Source of the DNA: Podarcis vaucheri
Lineage: Eukaryota
DNA: 64,000 nt
Strand: one strand, 5' to 3'
NCBI GenBank assembly: GCA_965113315.1
Contig: OZ220377.1
In this document: in pieces, positions 12,250 to 24,200 of the stretch
How the letters are laid out: the number at the start of each line of letters is the position of its first letter
Position numbering within the stretch: position 1 is the stretch's first letter
Notes under the pieces: generated by a model
What the model was told of the DNA's origin: nothing
The model's database searches: none
The model's input: the letters and a program-made list of their open reading frames with translations, nothing else
Translations under genes and position numbers: made by a program

Positions 12250-15200
12250 CTGAGCCAGGAGAGGAGGGGGCAGGGAGAGAGGATGGGCTGGTTTCAGGTC
12301 ACAGGGCACCACCACAGCTAACCCTTCAGACATGACCAGCTGCAACATAAAAGCCAACCCATGCCTGTTCAACACGCCTTTTAAAAGGTTGCCAAAGGAC
12401 GTGGCTCACACATGCCAGGGAGAGTGACTGATGGGTGTCTGTATTTATTTGAATCTGTGAAGTGTCTGTGAATTGTTACAGGTCTTTATTATAATGTATT
12501 CTTTATTTATGACTTATACTTTTGTTTTAAAAAGAAAGTAAGCCACTTGGAGATTTTTTAAGCAGAGGCTGGATGTCCATATGTCATGGAGGCCTTAGCT
12601 GAGATTTCTGCATTGCAGAGGATTGGACTAGAGGACCCTCCCAACTCTACAATTCTCTTTCTTTTTTGTGCTGCAAGCATAAGACCACTACTCATAATAG
12701 TACAACTGGAGGCCTCATTCCAATCAGGTTTTACATTTCAGCCTATGTCGTAAGAGTGCTGCTAAGGCTGGCAACCTGATGGCTTTCCTGTCCAAACACG
12801 GAAAGGCTGAGCCTTTCCCCAAACCTGAGCCCAATAAGGCTCAAGGAGCCCCAAACCAGTTTCCTGAATAGGGAAGGCGGGAGCAGAGCCAGCTCCAGAT
12901 CCCTGGATGAGGATTTGCTAGACACACTGGCAAAATCTGGGATGGGGAGCCATACCTTCTATGATGTGGGGGGTGGGGGTGGGAATGCATGGCAAGAGCC
13001 CCACAACCCTTCCACCCTCTCTGCCCCAGCAATTGCCAGATCTTGCAGCAGCCCCTGCCTGCACCTGAGAAGGACCTGACTACCAGCTCCTAGGAAAATC
13101 AGGTACCAATCCTGTCACCTCAAGAGACTCCTAGGACAAAATGCCCTTTCTTGATGGGAGAACAAGGGCCACTGCGAGGGAGGACTAGCTGCTCTCTGAG
13201 CCATCTTCTGGCTGTCTGGATGCTTCCCTGTATTCCTGAAGGCAATAGTAACAGAACCTCTCTCTTCAGCAAGCCAAAAAAGGATTACAGGCAAGCTGTC
13301 ACCCTACCTGCACTGGGAGCTGGGCAAGAAGGAAGGGTCGCCCACCCACTAAGGGGTAAATTCAACCTAATTTACATAATCCTGCCTAGTGAAGCAAGAG
13401 GGAGGAACAACCCATCCGAGGATCCCTCTCCCTTCTGCAGGAAAAGCAACCTCTTCCTGTGCAGCCACCACTTCTCATTACTCTTTTGCTTCCAAGGCTT
13501 AAGTGCTGGCATTTGCCTTACGTAAGGAGGAACTGCTCAAGTGCTGGCAGGGTGATCCCTGCACTGTGCATTCCGACCAAAGAACCCAGGGCCTGCTTTT
13601 CCCAATGCTTTACTGAAGGCCTAGGCAGCCCTTGTCCTCACTCAGGAGAACCTCAGGGCCCCTGTGGCCAGCACTCATGACCAGGTGGGTTTCAGCAGTG
13701 CCTCCGCTGTTGCTAAGGCTTACCTTGCTGTCGTAGTACTTCTCACGCTTGTCAGTTAGGATGGAACGGATCACGTTGCCGGCATACTCGATCACCATCT
13801 CTCCTGCATCGATGTTTCTTTTGCAGAACAGGCCCCGGCCGTGGATAGGAGACCTGCCAAGGAGGAACACACAGTGCAGCCACGGGTGTTAGGTGCTGCA
13901 ACCATAGAGGTAGCAAGCCTCACCCTGAACGTGGAGGCAGGCAGGCAGGCAGGCAACCCAGCTAGGAGCAGATCTGTCCACATGACCTAGGAGAGTCGTT
14001 CCAGGCACTTTCTCATTGCTGTTCTGCTAAGCCCTGCTGGCTTAGGCTGTTCTACCCTCCCCATCGTTTATCCTGCTAAGGTGGCCTCCACCTACCAACA
14101 GCGGTGGAGAGCAGGTGGGGGCGTGGTGTGCGTCCTGGTGGCGTGGCGCGCCACCTGCGAAGCGTGGCATCCAGCGGGAGCAGCTGTGATGGAACCCCAC
14201 CGGGATCGCGCTGCCGGGGGCAATGTGCTCCCCCTGCCCCCCTCTTCCTCCGCCAGTGCCTACCACCTCCCACCCACCTACCTGTAGACACCAACTGCCT
14301 CCTTGGAGGTTTTCTTCAAGTGTCGGAACCGCATGGGCATGGGAAGGTCCATGCTGGTTGCCCTCCTGAAGAGAGGAGGAAAGAGGCTGCTTGAGAGAGT
14401 TCAACCAACGGGGCCTTGGAGCTGCCAAGCCCCACCTTGCTCCACTTTGCAGTGCCAACTGCTGAGAGGCTGGCTTATGGGGCAGCTGCAGGAGGCAAAA
14501 TCTGCACCCCTTCCCCGTTCTTTAGCTTCCCACCACTGCCGACGAGATCAAAAAGGAGCAGCCTTCTAGCCCTCCCCACCAACTCGCCTCCGCACCCGCT
14601 ATGTACCGGGCAGACTTCAGCTGCACCTCCTCTTCCTCCTCATCGTTGGGGTTGTACTCTGGCGGCTGGCGGTGCTTAGAAGCCAGGAAATTGAACATGT
14701 CGAAGGCAGACTTCCTGCAATGCAGATCCAAGAGGCGTGAGACTGGCTCTTGGGGTTAATGGGCTGGCTTACAAGCCACACAATGCTCCTCTCTCCTCCA
14801 GGACAATGCGACATTCTCAGACTGGCTGCTAGAAGCCCACTAGGCTCTACATTGGCTCCCCATACTGTGTGGAGAAACTTCAAAGTGTCTGGTCTGAGCT
14901 AAAACCAGAGCAGCCCCTTTGTAGAGCCTTCTGTGGGATTCTAGCAACCTTTTCCTCCCTAGGGGTAGAGATACTCTGGTCTTCCATCATGTGACCCTTG
15001 TCTTGGACAGTTTGGGCAGTTAACCCTCTCCTTCCTGGATTCCTCCTATATGCCAACTAGGGAGCACCTGGGCCCACGTCTATTCAATGATGACAGGCTA
15101 TTCATGTGCCTCCCTCCCAAACTGATATTTGAAGAATTTATTTTCCACAGAAAGCCTCACCCCCAAACCACTGAAGGATCTCTGAAGCAGGTGCTTTGGT

Positions 15201-18200
15201 TTTATGAGCGCAGAGTCTGCCACTGACCTGAGGTGCACTTCAGCTCTGGCAGAGCCATGGGGGTTCACTGGGGGCTCCTTGGCCTCCTCTGGCTTATGGA
15301 ACCGGAACTTGTAGTTGTGGCAGTGCTTCGCTCCAGACAGCTGTTCTATCAGGAACACAACAGCATCGTGCAGAATTCCCAGCATCCTCAATCCGCTCAC
15401 ACCTGGAATAAGGGGAGAGTAGGCAGGGAAGGCAGCTTGCTGGTAGAAGAGGCTGTCCAGCCCAGGCTATGCCCAGTGGCTCCCTTTAGTCCTCCTTGTA
15501 AGAAGACGACTGGTGGTGATGGCGGCAACATGGCCCAGCCTTTAGGCAAGAAGCAGCTCAAGAAACTGGTGGAGCAGCTCAAATGGGCCCAAATCTCCAC
15601 GGCTAGGCAGAGGCTTAAATGATGCAGAGGGTGTTCCAAAAGAATCACAAACCTCACTCTTTGTCCTTAAGCTGTTTGTGCAACCAAAGTACTGTATCCT
15701 AAGAAAACAGGGCATCCTGTGGGACTCTTTCTAGTGTTTATGAAGTGCAAGGAAGCAGGCCCAGGTGGCAAAGTCCCTGCCTAGGTCTTGGCCTACAGGA
15801 CAGCAGTGACATTCAAGGCACTTTCTTATTGTCTTCCTATCCATGCAAGGGGTTTGGAATTCCCAACCCTGCTGCCGCCTTTCTTACCTGTGAAGGATAG
15901 CTGCTTCAAGCGGGCATTGGAACGAGCCTCCTGAACCTTGTCAGTTAGGGATTGCCAGGCCTCTGAGATGAAGATAAACAAGAAATGATTCAGTGGGAGG
16001 GAGGAGTGTTTCAGAAAAGCTTCCCTTTCGCTCCTTTTTAAACCGTAAAATTCACAATTGCTGCCAGGTGGCTCTGCATTCCTGCAAACTTCACGCAGGG
16101 CTGTCCCCTGCAGCACTTGTAAAGGTGCAAAGCAGTTAAAGGTGACCTTTGTAAGATGAACACAGTGAAAATGCATCTAACCCCAAAGCAGCTGCAGCAG
16201 ATGTCACCTGCCCCACCTGCCCCCTTTCCCACCTTCAATACTTTCAGCACAGATCTGAAATCCATCATCGCTTGAGATCTCAAAAATCAGTCCTTTCTTG
16301 GGCTTCTTCTCAGTGAGGCTCTCCTTTCTCTTCCGCTCTTGCTGCAGCCAGAACATGAGTGGGGAGCTGAAAGTACTCTCTTCATCCTCAGAAGCTCTGG
16401 AGTCTGGAAGGAAAACAAGTTCTTCTTACCTCCAGAGTCCTTGGCAAAGCCAAAGCCACCAAATAATGAACATTAAGAATGTAGGGAAAGGCTCTCATGA
16501 ACTAAGAGAGCTGCCGAGGGCTCTCTCAAGCAGGGCTGTCATACAAGGAGAATCATAGGGCAAGCTTACAACTGGGAGTAATAATAGTAATTTTATTACT
16601 GATACCCTGCCCATCTGGCTGGGTTTCCCCAGCCACACTGGGCGGCTTCCAGCAAGGTATAAAAACATAATAAAACAAAAAATTATTTTGAAGATATATG
16701 TGCCTTTCCAAGTGGAACGTCTGTGAACTGGTGCTCAGTTTGTACTTGAGGTCGATGGACAACATACCTGTGGGCTCTTGCTCACTTGCAGTGCTCTGTG
16801 CTGTCTGTGATTCTGGAACAGATGCCGTTTGCCTGTGGAGAGAAGCACAGCTGGAAAGAATTCAAGAATCCGCTCCTGTCTCAACAACTGAAGCCTTTGA
16901 GGAGTTTTGATTCCCCAGCAGATGCCAAAGGGAGAAGCTAAACAAAACACTCTGAGCCGTGAGTCTCCACTGGATGGAGAGGCCTGCTACTTATAATACG
17001 TTTGGCTGAGTGGCAAGCACTCCCAAAAATGGACTAAGCCACAGCACAGCACTGCCCGTCCTTCTAAACAGCAGAGCAAGTGGGAAATTGGGATGTTCAA
17101 TGCAGAGAACATCACTTGGAGCTTTCTGAGAGGGGTCTCCATGTTTTAGGCAAGTAGAGAAAACTTACAAGCCTCTGAGGTCAGCAGTAGAGTGACCATA
17201 CTGTAGGTTCTGGTTATCAATGTTTCATTGTTGGAACTGCCCAAAACATATTAAGAAGTATGGTTGCTTTCTTGGGGCAGAACAATGTTTGTGCAGCCAG
17301 GCACATGTGTACCTCTGCCTGCCTACATCCCTCCCGCCCCACAAGCATACATAAAACACAGGCACTCTTGATGTGACCACAACCTGGGAGACTGCCTTAC
17401 CTGTCTGCCACTTTGGGTGGGGGCTGCTCTACACTTGCGGCCCCTTCCTCTTCTTCCTCCATGTGCATCTTCAGGGTAGGAACCCTGGAACAAACAAGAT
17501 TATTCAGGGATACAACAATGACTTATCACAAGCCAGATAATGCTCCACTTGCAGCCAACGCAAGACTGACGTCTCTGGCTCTCCAAGAAGCAACATTTAT
17601 CAAGCAGCATTTACAACAGAAACTCCATTTTAAAAACGTAGCTGTTGGGTTTTCTAAAGGGATCTCTCATAATAATATGGAGTCAAAGAGGTGATCTTGA
17701 GCTGCCACTGAGGCCGTCAAATCTAATTTCTATTTCCCACTTAGAACAGTCCCATCACACCCACTGATGCAAATAAAGCAGATCAGTAACATGTACAGCT
17801 AGCAGCTCAAGCAGCTTCTCCCTCTTTCCTTCAAAGAAAAGGCCCTCAAGCATCACAGCTCATATTCAGGAGCTGCATCAAATACATGATAGCTTCCTGG
17901 TTCAAATGTACATTGGCAGACAAGCAGACTGCCTGCTGGCTTCTGAATGAAGCTCGTTTTCCATCTAGGCTTTGTTATAGAAGTTCCTACAGCAGAAGTA
18001 CTAAAGAAATAAAAAGGATGATGGGTTCCGAAGGGGTTGGGAAAACAGGGCGGAGACCAAAGACCTCCATTTCTTACCCTCCAGCCAAGTCCTGGGCTGC
18101 GGAGTTGGTGCCTTGCTGGGGAATGTGCTTCTCAGGGGAGCTGGACCAGAAGTGAGACATCTTGTGCTTCTTCCCAGACCCTTTGCTGATGCTGCTGTCT

Positions 18201-21200
18201 GATGAGGACTGAGACCGTTTCACTTTGGCTTTGACCTTCATGGAGGAGCTTCCAAGCAGCTGGTCAGAGGATGCGGAGCTTGCAGGAGAAGTTGAGCTGG
18301 CACGCGTGACGGATGAGGAGGTCTTGTTTTGCTCCAGTGCTGCAGGGTTAGTGATGTCCACCAACTGGGGAAAGCCTGAATGCGGAGGAGCTTGGGATGG
18401 CGCGAGGTCCACCTGAGGTGGGACGGCACCAGTTTTGCTGGCCAGGATCTGTGTCAGAGGCCCAGGCTGGTAAGATCCTTCAGGGTCAGTGGTCATGCCC
18501 ATAGTCTGTGCAGAAGGCAAGACACAGATGCTGGATGCTGCCGTCCCCGCCACTGAGACTGTGGACTGAGCCGATGAGGCATCGCCTAGTGGTGAAAACA
18601 TCCCGGAGCCAGATGGTGGCACTGTGGCGTGCTGCTCCGGAAGACCCAAGCTCTGTTGAGTGGCTTTGATTAAGAGGTTGCTGATGGAGCCCATGTCAGA
18701 TACTCCTTGCAGCCCAGAGCTAGGTAGTGCAACGGACCCCCTCCCCAGCACATGTCCGCTGGGGACTGATGTGCCCGTGGAAGGTGCTGATGACGTCGGC
18801 ATTGACACCACATTCAGCATGGATCCAGCAGAGGCTAGGCCTGTCACTGGCCTGGTTGCAAGATGACCACTGTCTGGCCCAGCCACGCTAGGGGGTGTTC
18901 CAACTGCTGCTGCAGTTGCTCCCACCCCTTGGGGCAGCAGAGGGGTCTGCTCAAAGTACATTATCCCAGACTTTGAACGCTTGATGATATTGGGGACAGT
19001 TCTGTGGGATGCAGGGTTACTGGCAGTTCCCAAATCTAGCAGGCCTGGATGGCTGGGGAGCTGGGAAGGAGTGAAGTTAATTAACGTCATGTTGGGGACC
19101 ATGTCAGACGGGGTGATGGCGGAAGGGGCAAGCTTTTTGTTCTTGCGCGATGGCAAGCGCGAAATCTGCCTTTTCTTGCTGAGGCCAGAGGGTGGCGTGG
19201 TGGCTGTGGACCCAATCTCGGCTCTCTGATTTGCTTCGGGGTCAGGTGGTTGCTGGACACCAATCAGAAGTCCTGAGGCAGGACTGCCAAGGGAGGATGG
19301 GAAGCTGCTTTGGGGGGCTGCAGAAAAGGAGTGCAAGTGTTGGTGATGGGGCATCGGCAGTAACCCTTTGCTGGTTGGTGGAAAGAGAGGCTGGGAGGAG
19401 GAAGGCAAGCTGGGGTTTACACCGGCCCCCAGTGCCAGCCCTGGGCCCAGGGGCCCAAGCACAGAAGCGCTGGCCTCTAACACGCCCTGCGCAGAACTGA
19501 CAGAAGAGGTCAGCTGTATCTTTTGTGTGACACCATTGGGAAGAGTCTGAAGGACGTACAATGGCTGCATGTTCTGATTAACCACCAGGAGCTTTTCTGC
19601 AGCTGCCTTGAGGTGGAGGGGGGCTGTCTGCACAGCAGCATTGGAAATCTGAGATGGGCCAGGGTTCTCTGTGGAGTTTGGGCCATACTTAGGATTCTGA
19701 AGTGGGAGGGTTGGCGAAACTGGCACTTGGAGACCAGGTGTCCCGCTATTTCTGGCCAAGTCTTGGCTGGCTGAACGGCCTGGCTCTCCTGGTCCACATG
19801 GGGGGCTGGCTATGTGCTCTGCTTCCATGTGACTTTGAATAAAGGGGTCAGGGGTCAGGTGTCCTTCAGGGCTTGGGTCCACTCGTGGGCTCAACAGAGC
19901 TGGCTCCCCTTCACTGGAGGCAGCTTTTTCTGTGACAGTCACCCTCTTCTCGGCAGACTCCGTAGAAGGCAAAGCTAAGAGTGATCTCTCCCCTGATGAC
20001 GAGGAGGAGGAGGAGAGCGAGGATTCTGAAATGACAGCAAGTCTGCCGTGATTTTGGCTGGGCACTGTCGGGCTCCGAGTGGTCAAGACAGAGAGATCGG
20101 AAGGCAGTTCCAGAGGCAGCTCAAACTGCTCCTCTGCCGAGATGGATGACGAAACACTGCTGTCAACAGGCTCTGTGGTTGGCAGCTGCTGAGAGAAGAC
20201 TTCAAAGAGGCCCATATCCTTGCCCCGGTTGGTGGTGTCAAGGCCCAGCCCATCTCCCAGCGTCAGGAGCTCAGAGGACGATGACTCAGGGCTCTCTCCG
20301 AGGGCTTGCATGGAGGGGGTGTTTTTCAGCACAAAGTCCATGATGTCAGACGGGAGAATGTTCCCGCAGTCGTCACTGTTGTTATTGTCGGAGTCGGACT
20401 TGAGCAGCTCTGTGCTGAAGGTATCCAGCAGGGTCTTTTCCGAAGGGGTGCTGGCACGAGGGCGGCGGCTGGCCTCTAAAGAACTCAGCTGAGCTTCCAG
20501 AGGATCCTGGCTCTGGGTTTTGACGCGGCAGTTCTCCATCTTGGGCTCGGCTGCTTTGTGGCCAGCTGAGCTCTTGGTGACTTGTGCTTTCTCCCCACTC
20601 TCTTCGCTCCGATCAAGTTTTAAGCTCTCTGTTCCATTTTCTTTGCCACTCCTTTTGGTCACTGGATTGACTTTCCTGGTTGTCACCGTGATGCTTGTGT
20701 CGCTTTCTGTCCCGTCATCCACACCATCCAGCTGAGAGATTTTGGGAAGGCTGCACTGTTCCTCCTCCCGGAATAAGTTGTGAGGAGAAGCGAGATGCTC
20801 TTCCGTGTTTGAGACCACTGTCCTGGTGAAGTTGTAGTAGTAAAGGTCATCCTCGTCCGACGTGCTGAGGTCATCGGCACCATCTACTTGCCCTTCAGCA
20901 GACCTCTTTCCCCGCTTCTTCCCAGTGGAGTTGCTGTAGAAGGGAATGTCTTCTTCCCCGTAAGACCTCACGCCATACAATGGAGTCAGCCCAAAGAACA
21001 TGTTGGATCTGGCCCGTGCGCTGCGCCGGGGGTACCGCCGCTTGTAGGCCCCGTCTTCCTGGGCTTTGGCTGTCTCCTGGAGCATCAAGTTGCTCTCCTG
21101 AACAGGAAGACTCTGGTAGGCCTCGCTTGGAGCCTCAGGGACTGAAGCACAACTTGGGCTGTCTTGAACCAGGGAGCCGTTTCCTGACCGTTCTGGAGTG

Positions 21201-24200
21201 GAAGAGGATTGTGCCAGGGAAGCTGGTTTGCTCTCCTTAGGCTGAGATTCTACATCACCCTCCCTCTGAATGTTCTTGGACTGGCTATCACCTTCCATCT
21301 TGAGAGGAGTCAACGTGACTTTCACTGTGCGCTTCTGGGAAGCCTGCAGATCCTTGGAAGTGGCCACTTCGCCCTGGGAAGGAACCTTGGAGGTCTTCTG
21401 GTTAAGCAGCTGTCTATCGGGGGCCTTCTCTGAAGCCACAACATTGTTACAGAGCTTCTGGTTCACATGCTCAGGTGTCACAGCTTGATGAACAAATTCT
21501 GGCTCTGCACTGTCTTTGATGCTTGGTGTGAGGAGGCTCGGATTTGTAAAGAGTTTATTGGAATGTCTCTCTTTGGCTCCCCTTTTCCCCTTCTGCGGCC
21601 GCCTATCTCTGCCTGCAGAAGGTGCTGGGTCACTTATGGAAGGAGGAGATCTGTTACTTGCCCCAGAAAGCTTGGAGATCTTTGCTTCTGGATCCTCGTA
21701 AGAGCAGTTTTTTTCTGGCTTTACAAGGTCCACCTGCTGCTCTTGCTCCTTCTTTGGGGGTCTCTGATGTAAAGGTGGAAAGGCTACTGCCTCTTTGGAA
21801 GAAAACAGCCCAGAAGAGGGCTCTGGAAGCTTCCCCACTTTGCTGGTGTTTGGCTCGGTGCCAGAAGCACTCTGCACAGGAGTACTGGCCTTCAAATTAC
21901 CCAGGGAAGAACTTGCGTCTTTTTGGCTCATCAGCTTGCTCTTCTCTGTCCCCGGAGGCCCCATTGCTTCTATTGACAGCGCTCCCTCCAAGGAAGTGCT
22001 TGTGCCTCCTCCACCTGTCCCTGCTGGCCTCTGACCACCACAGGGAGGGGCAGAGCTACTCTGGGTGGCAATGCGTCCAGCTGCTGGGACCGAAGAACGC
22101 TCTGAAGGCTTTGTGCTCAAGTCATGCTCTGGCAAGGGAGACAGGCTGGGTGTTGAAGAGAGGCTGTGCCTGGAGGAGTGAGTGGCCCCAGCTCTGCTGG
22201 AAGGCATCATCCAGGACCTCAACTGTGGAGGGGGCAGAGGAGAGGAGGCACTGTGTCGTCTGGAGCCAATGCTTCGAAGTCCGGATGACAGCAGGGGGTC
22301 TCCCACAGTCACGATCTCGTGTGTAATGTGGGTGGGGCTCCCTGGGAAAAGACAGAAGATGGGGAAGAATATTAGAACTGAGTTTGAGGTCATCTACTGA
22401 ATGCAAATATCTGGATCTATGCAGGCAAGGAGTAAAGCAAAGCCCAAACCCCCGGAGTCAACCCCTTTCTTGATCTAATTATTCCTTCTACTGGTGGCTT
22501 CACTGAAACAAGGAAAACACTCTATAACTTTTTCCTTCTGGCTTCAAGTTGCACGGGAGCATGTTTGGTCTTGCCTACCCAGAAATATTTCTTAACTGTA
22601 AGAACAGCAGACTGAACTTTCCCTGGGGTTCTTTCAAATTCTGATCCAGCCCCCTGACAAACTCCTATGGCTGGGGAAGAGGAGGGGGTGGCCATCTGAG
22701 CTGCAGGTGGAGTTCTGGGCTTCAATATCCTGATAGGCCTTTTCTCACCTAGGCCAGGTCTTCTGACTTCACAAGGTAAGTCAGTCACCAGCTAGGATTG
22801 TCGGTGAGCAGAATTTGCAAAGAACATTATCCTTCAAGGTGTGGTTTAGAGTTCTTAGTTCAGTTCTGCTTAAAAATGGAGCCCACCTCAGCCCAAAAGC
22901 TCAGGGAGGTTTACAAGTTGTCAGCAATTCAAACATGGTTCACTCGACAAGGTTAAATGTGAGGAAAAACTACATGTTAAATATGTAGGTGAGATGCCCA
23001 GAAACCGGGAGGGGAAATGATTGAAGAGGCCCCCCTCTACCAGCATCCTCAGTGCTTGGCCTTTGATGATGAGGACGGACAACAAGTCTTTTGCACCCCA
23101 ACACTTATTAAGCCCTAAACCCAATAGAGATGGTGGAAACAAGGTTCCATGCCATTGAGAACAGCCTGAAGAAATTGCTAAGCAAAGAATGAATAGAAGT
23201 CAAAGAAAGCCAGAGAGAGCAGCAGAGGGAGGTGGAGGGCCAGACCTGCAGAGGGCAATGGCCTTGAACCAGGAGATCGCAGGGCGGGAGGAAAACTTGG
23301 CGCTCTGATCCGCAGAGCCCTGCAGTTCTGAGAATGTGGCAGGAAGTCTGAAGAGGGAGTGCTCACAACCGCTGACACTGCATGGCCTTCTCTGGCTGGA
23401 ATTTCTGATGAAGAAGAGAAAGAAATAAGGAACTTATGGATTCAGGCAAAACCCAGGGTGCATTTGAACAAAACAGCTTCAGGGAAGTAGGGGATTACTA
23501 GAGGCCTTTCCCCTCAATAACATCCTTTCTTCCTCCCTCAGGATATGTTAACAGAAAAATCTTTATACATGGAGGGAGGCAGAAAGTAAAAGAGGGTGGA
23601 AAAGAAAAAAAAGCTGCAGTCTTTTGGCATCTAGGCCAAAACCAGAATGCAAAGCTGGACATTATGTGTCATTGGGAGCAGGTGAGGGCCAAACATTAAG
23701 AGTACTAGGTAGAAGCACACCCCCACCATGCCCCAAGCATCTCAGAAGGACAAAGTCCCTTGTTGTTTCAGATCAAGCATACCATAATCTAGTCTCCAGA
23801 AACGCATGACACCTGGGCAAATGGTGGAGTGTCTTTCTGCACAGAGCAGAGTTGGGAGTTGAAGACCCTTGATGTTCCTCCCAACACTTATGATTCTATG
23901 ACTCAGTTATGGAACAAGGGCCAGGATCCACTCCAAAACCTATAGCCAAAGTAGAAGATGTGATCTTTACCAGGGAACCCCCCTTTTTTGCCCTACTCCA
24001 AGTGTGTGCTGCTACTGCTGTCACCAAAAGGTATTACAAGCCCTCTCTCATAGCAAAGACTGACTAGAAGAAGGAAGCTTTTGTCTTTGGAAGAGCCGAG
24101 CAGTACAAAAAACAGGCACCCACAGGTCTGGCACAAAGGCCACAATCTCAAGCCAAGCCATGCCTGCAGAAACTTGCCTGAAAGTGGCCTGGGGCTGTGC

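Noticed and set aside
18225-22400. Many + strand ORFs opposite exon 27 (and likewise opposite exon 3)
   Set aside because: Shadow ORFs of long coding exons.
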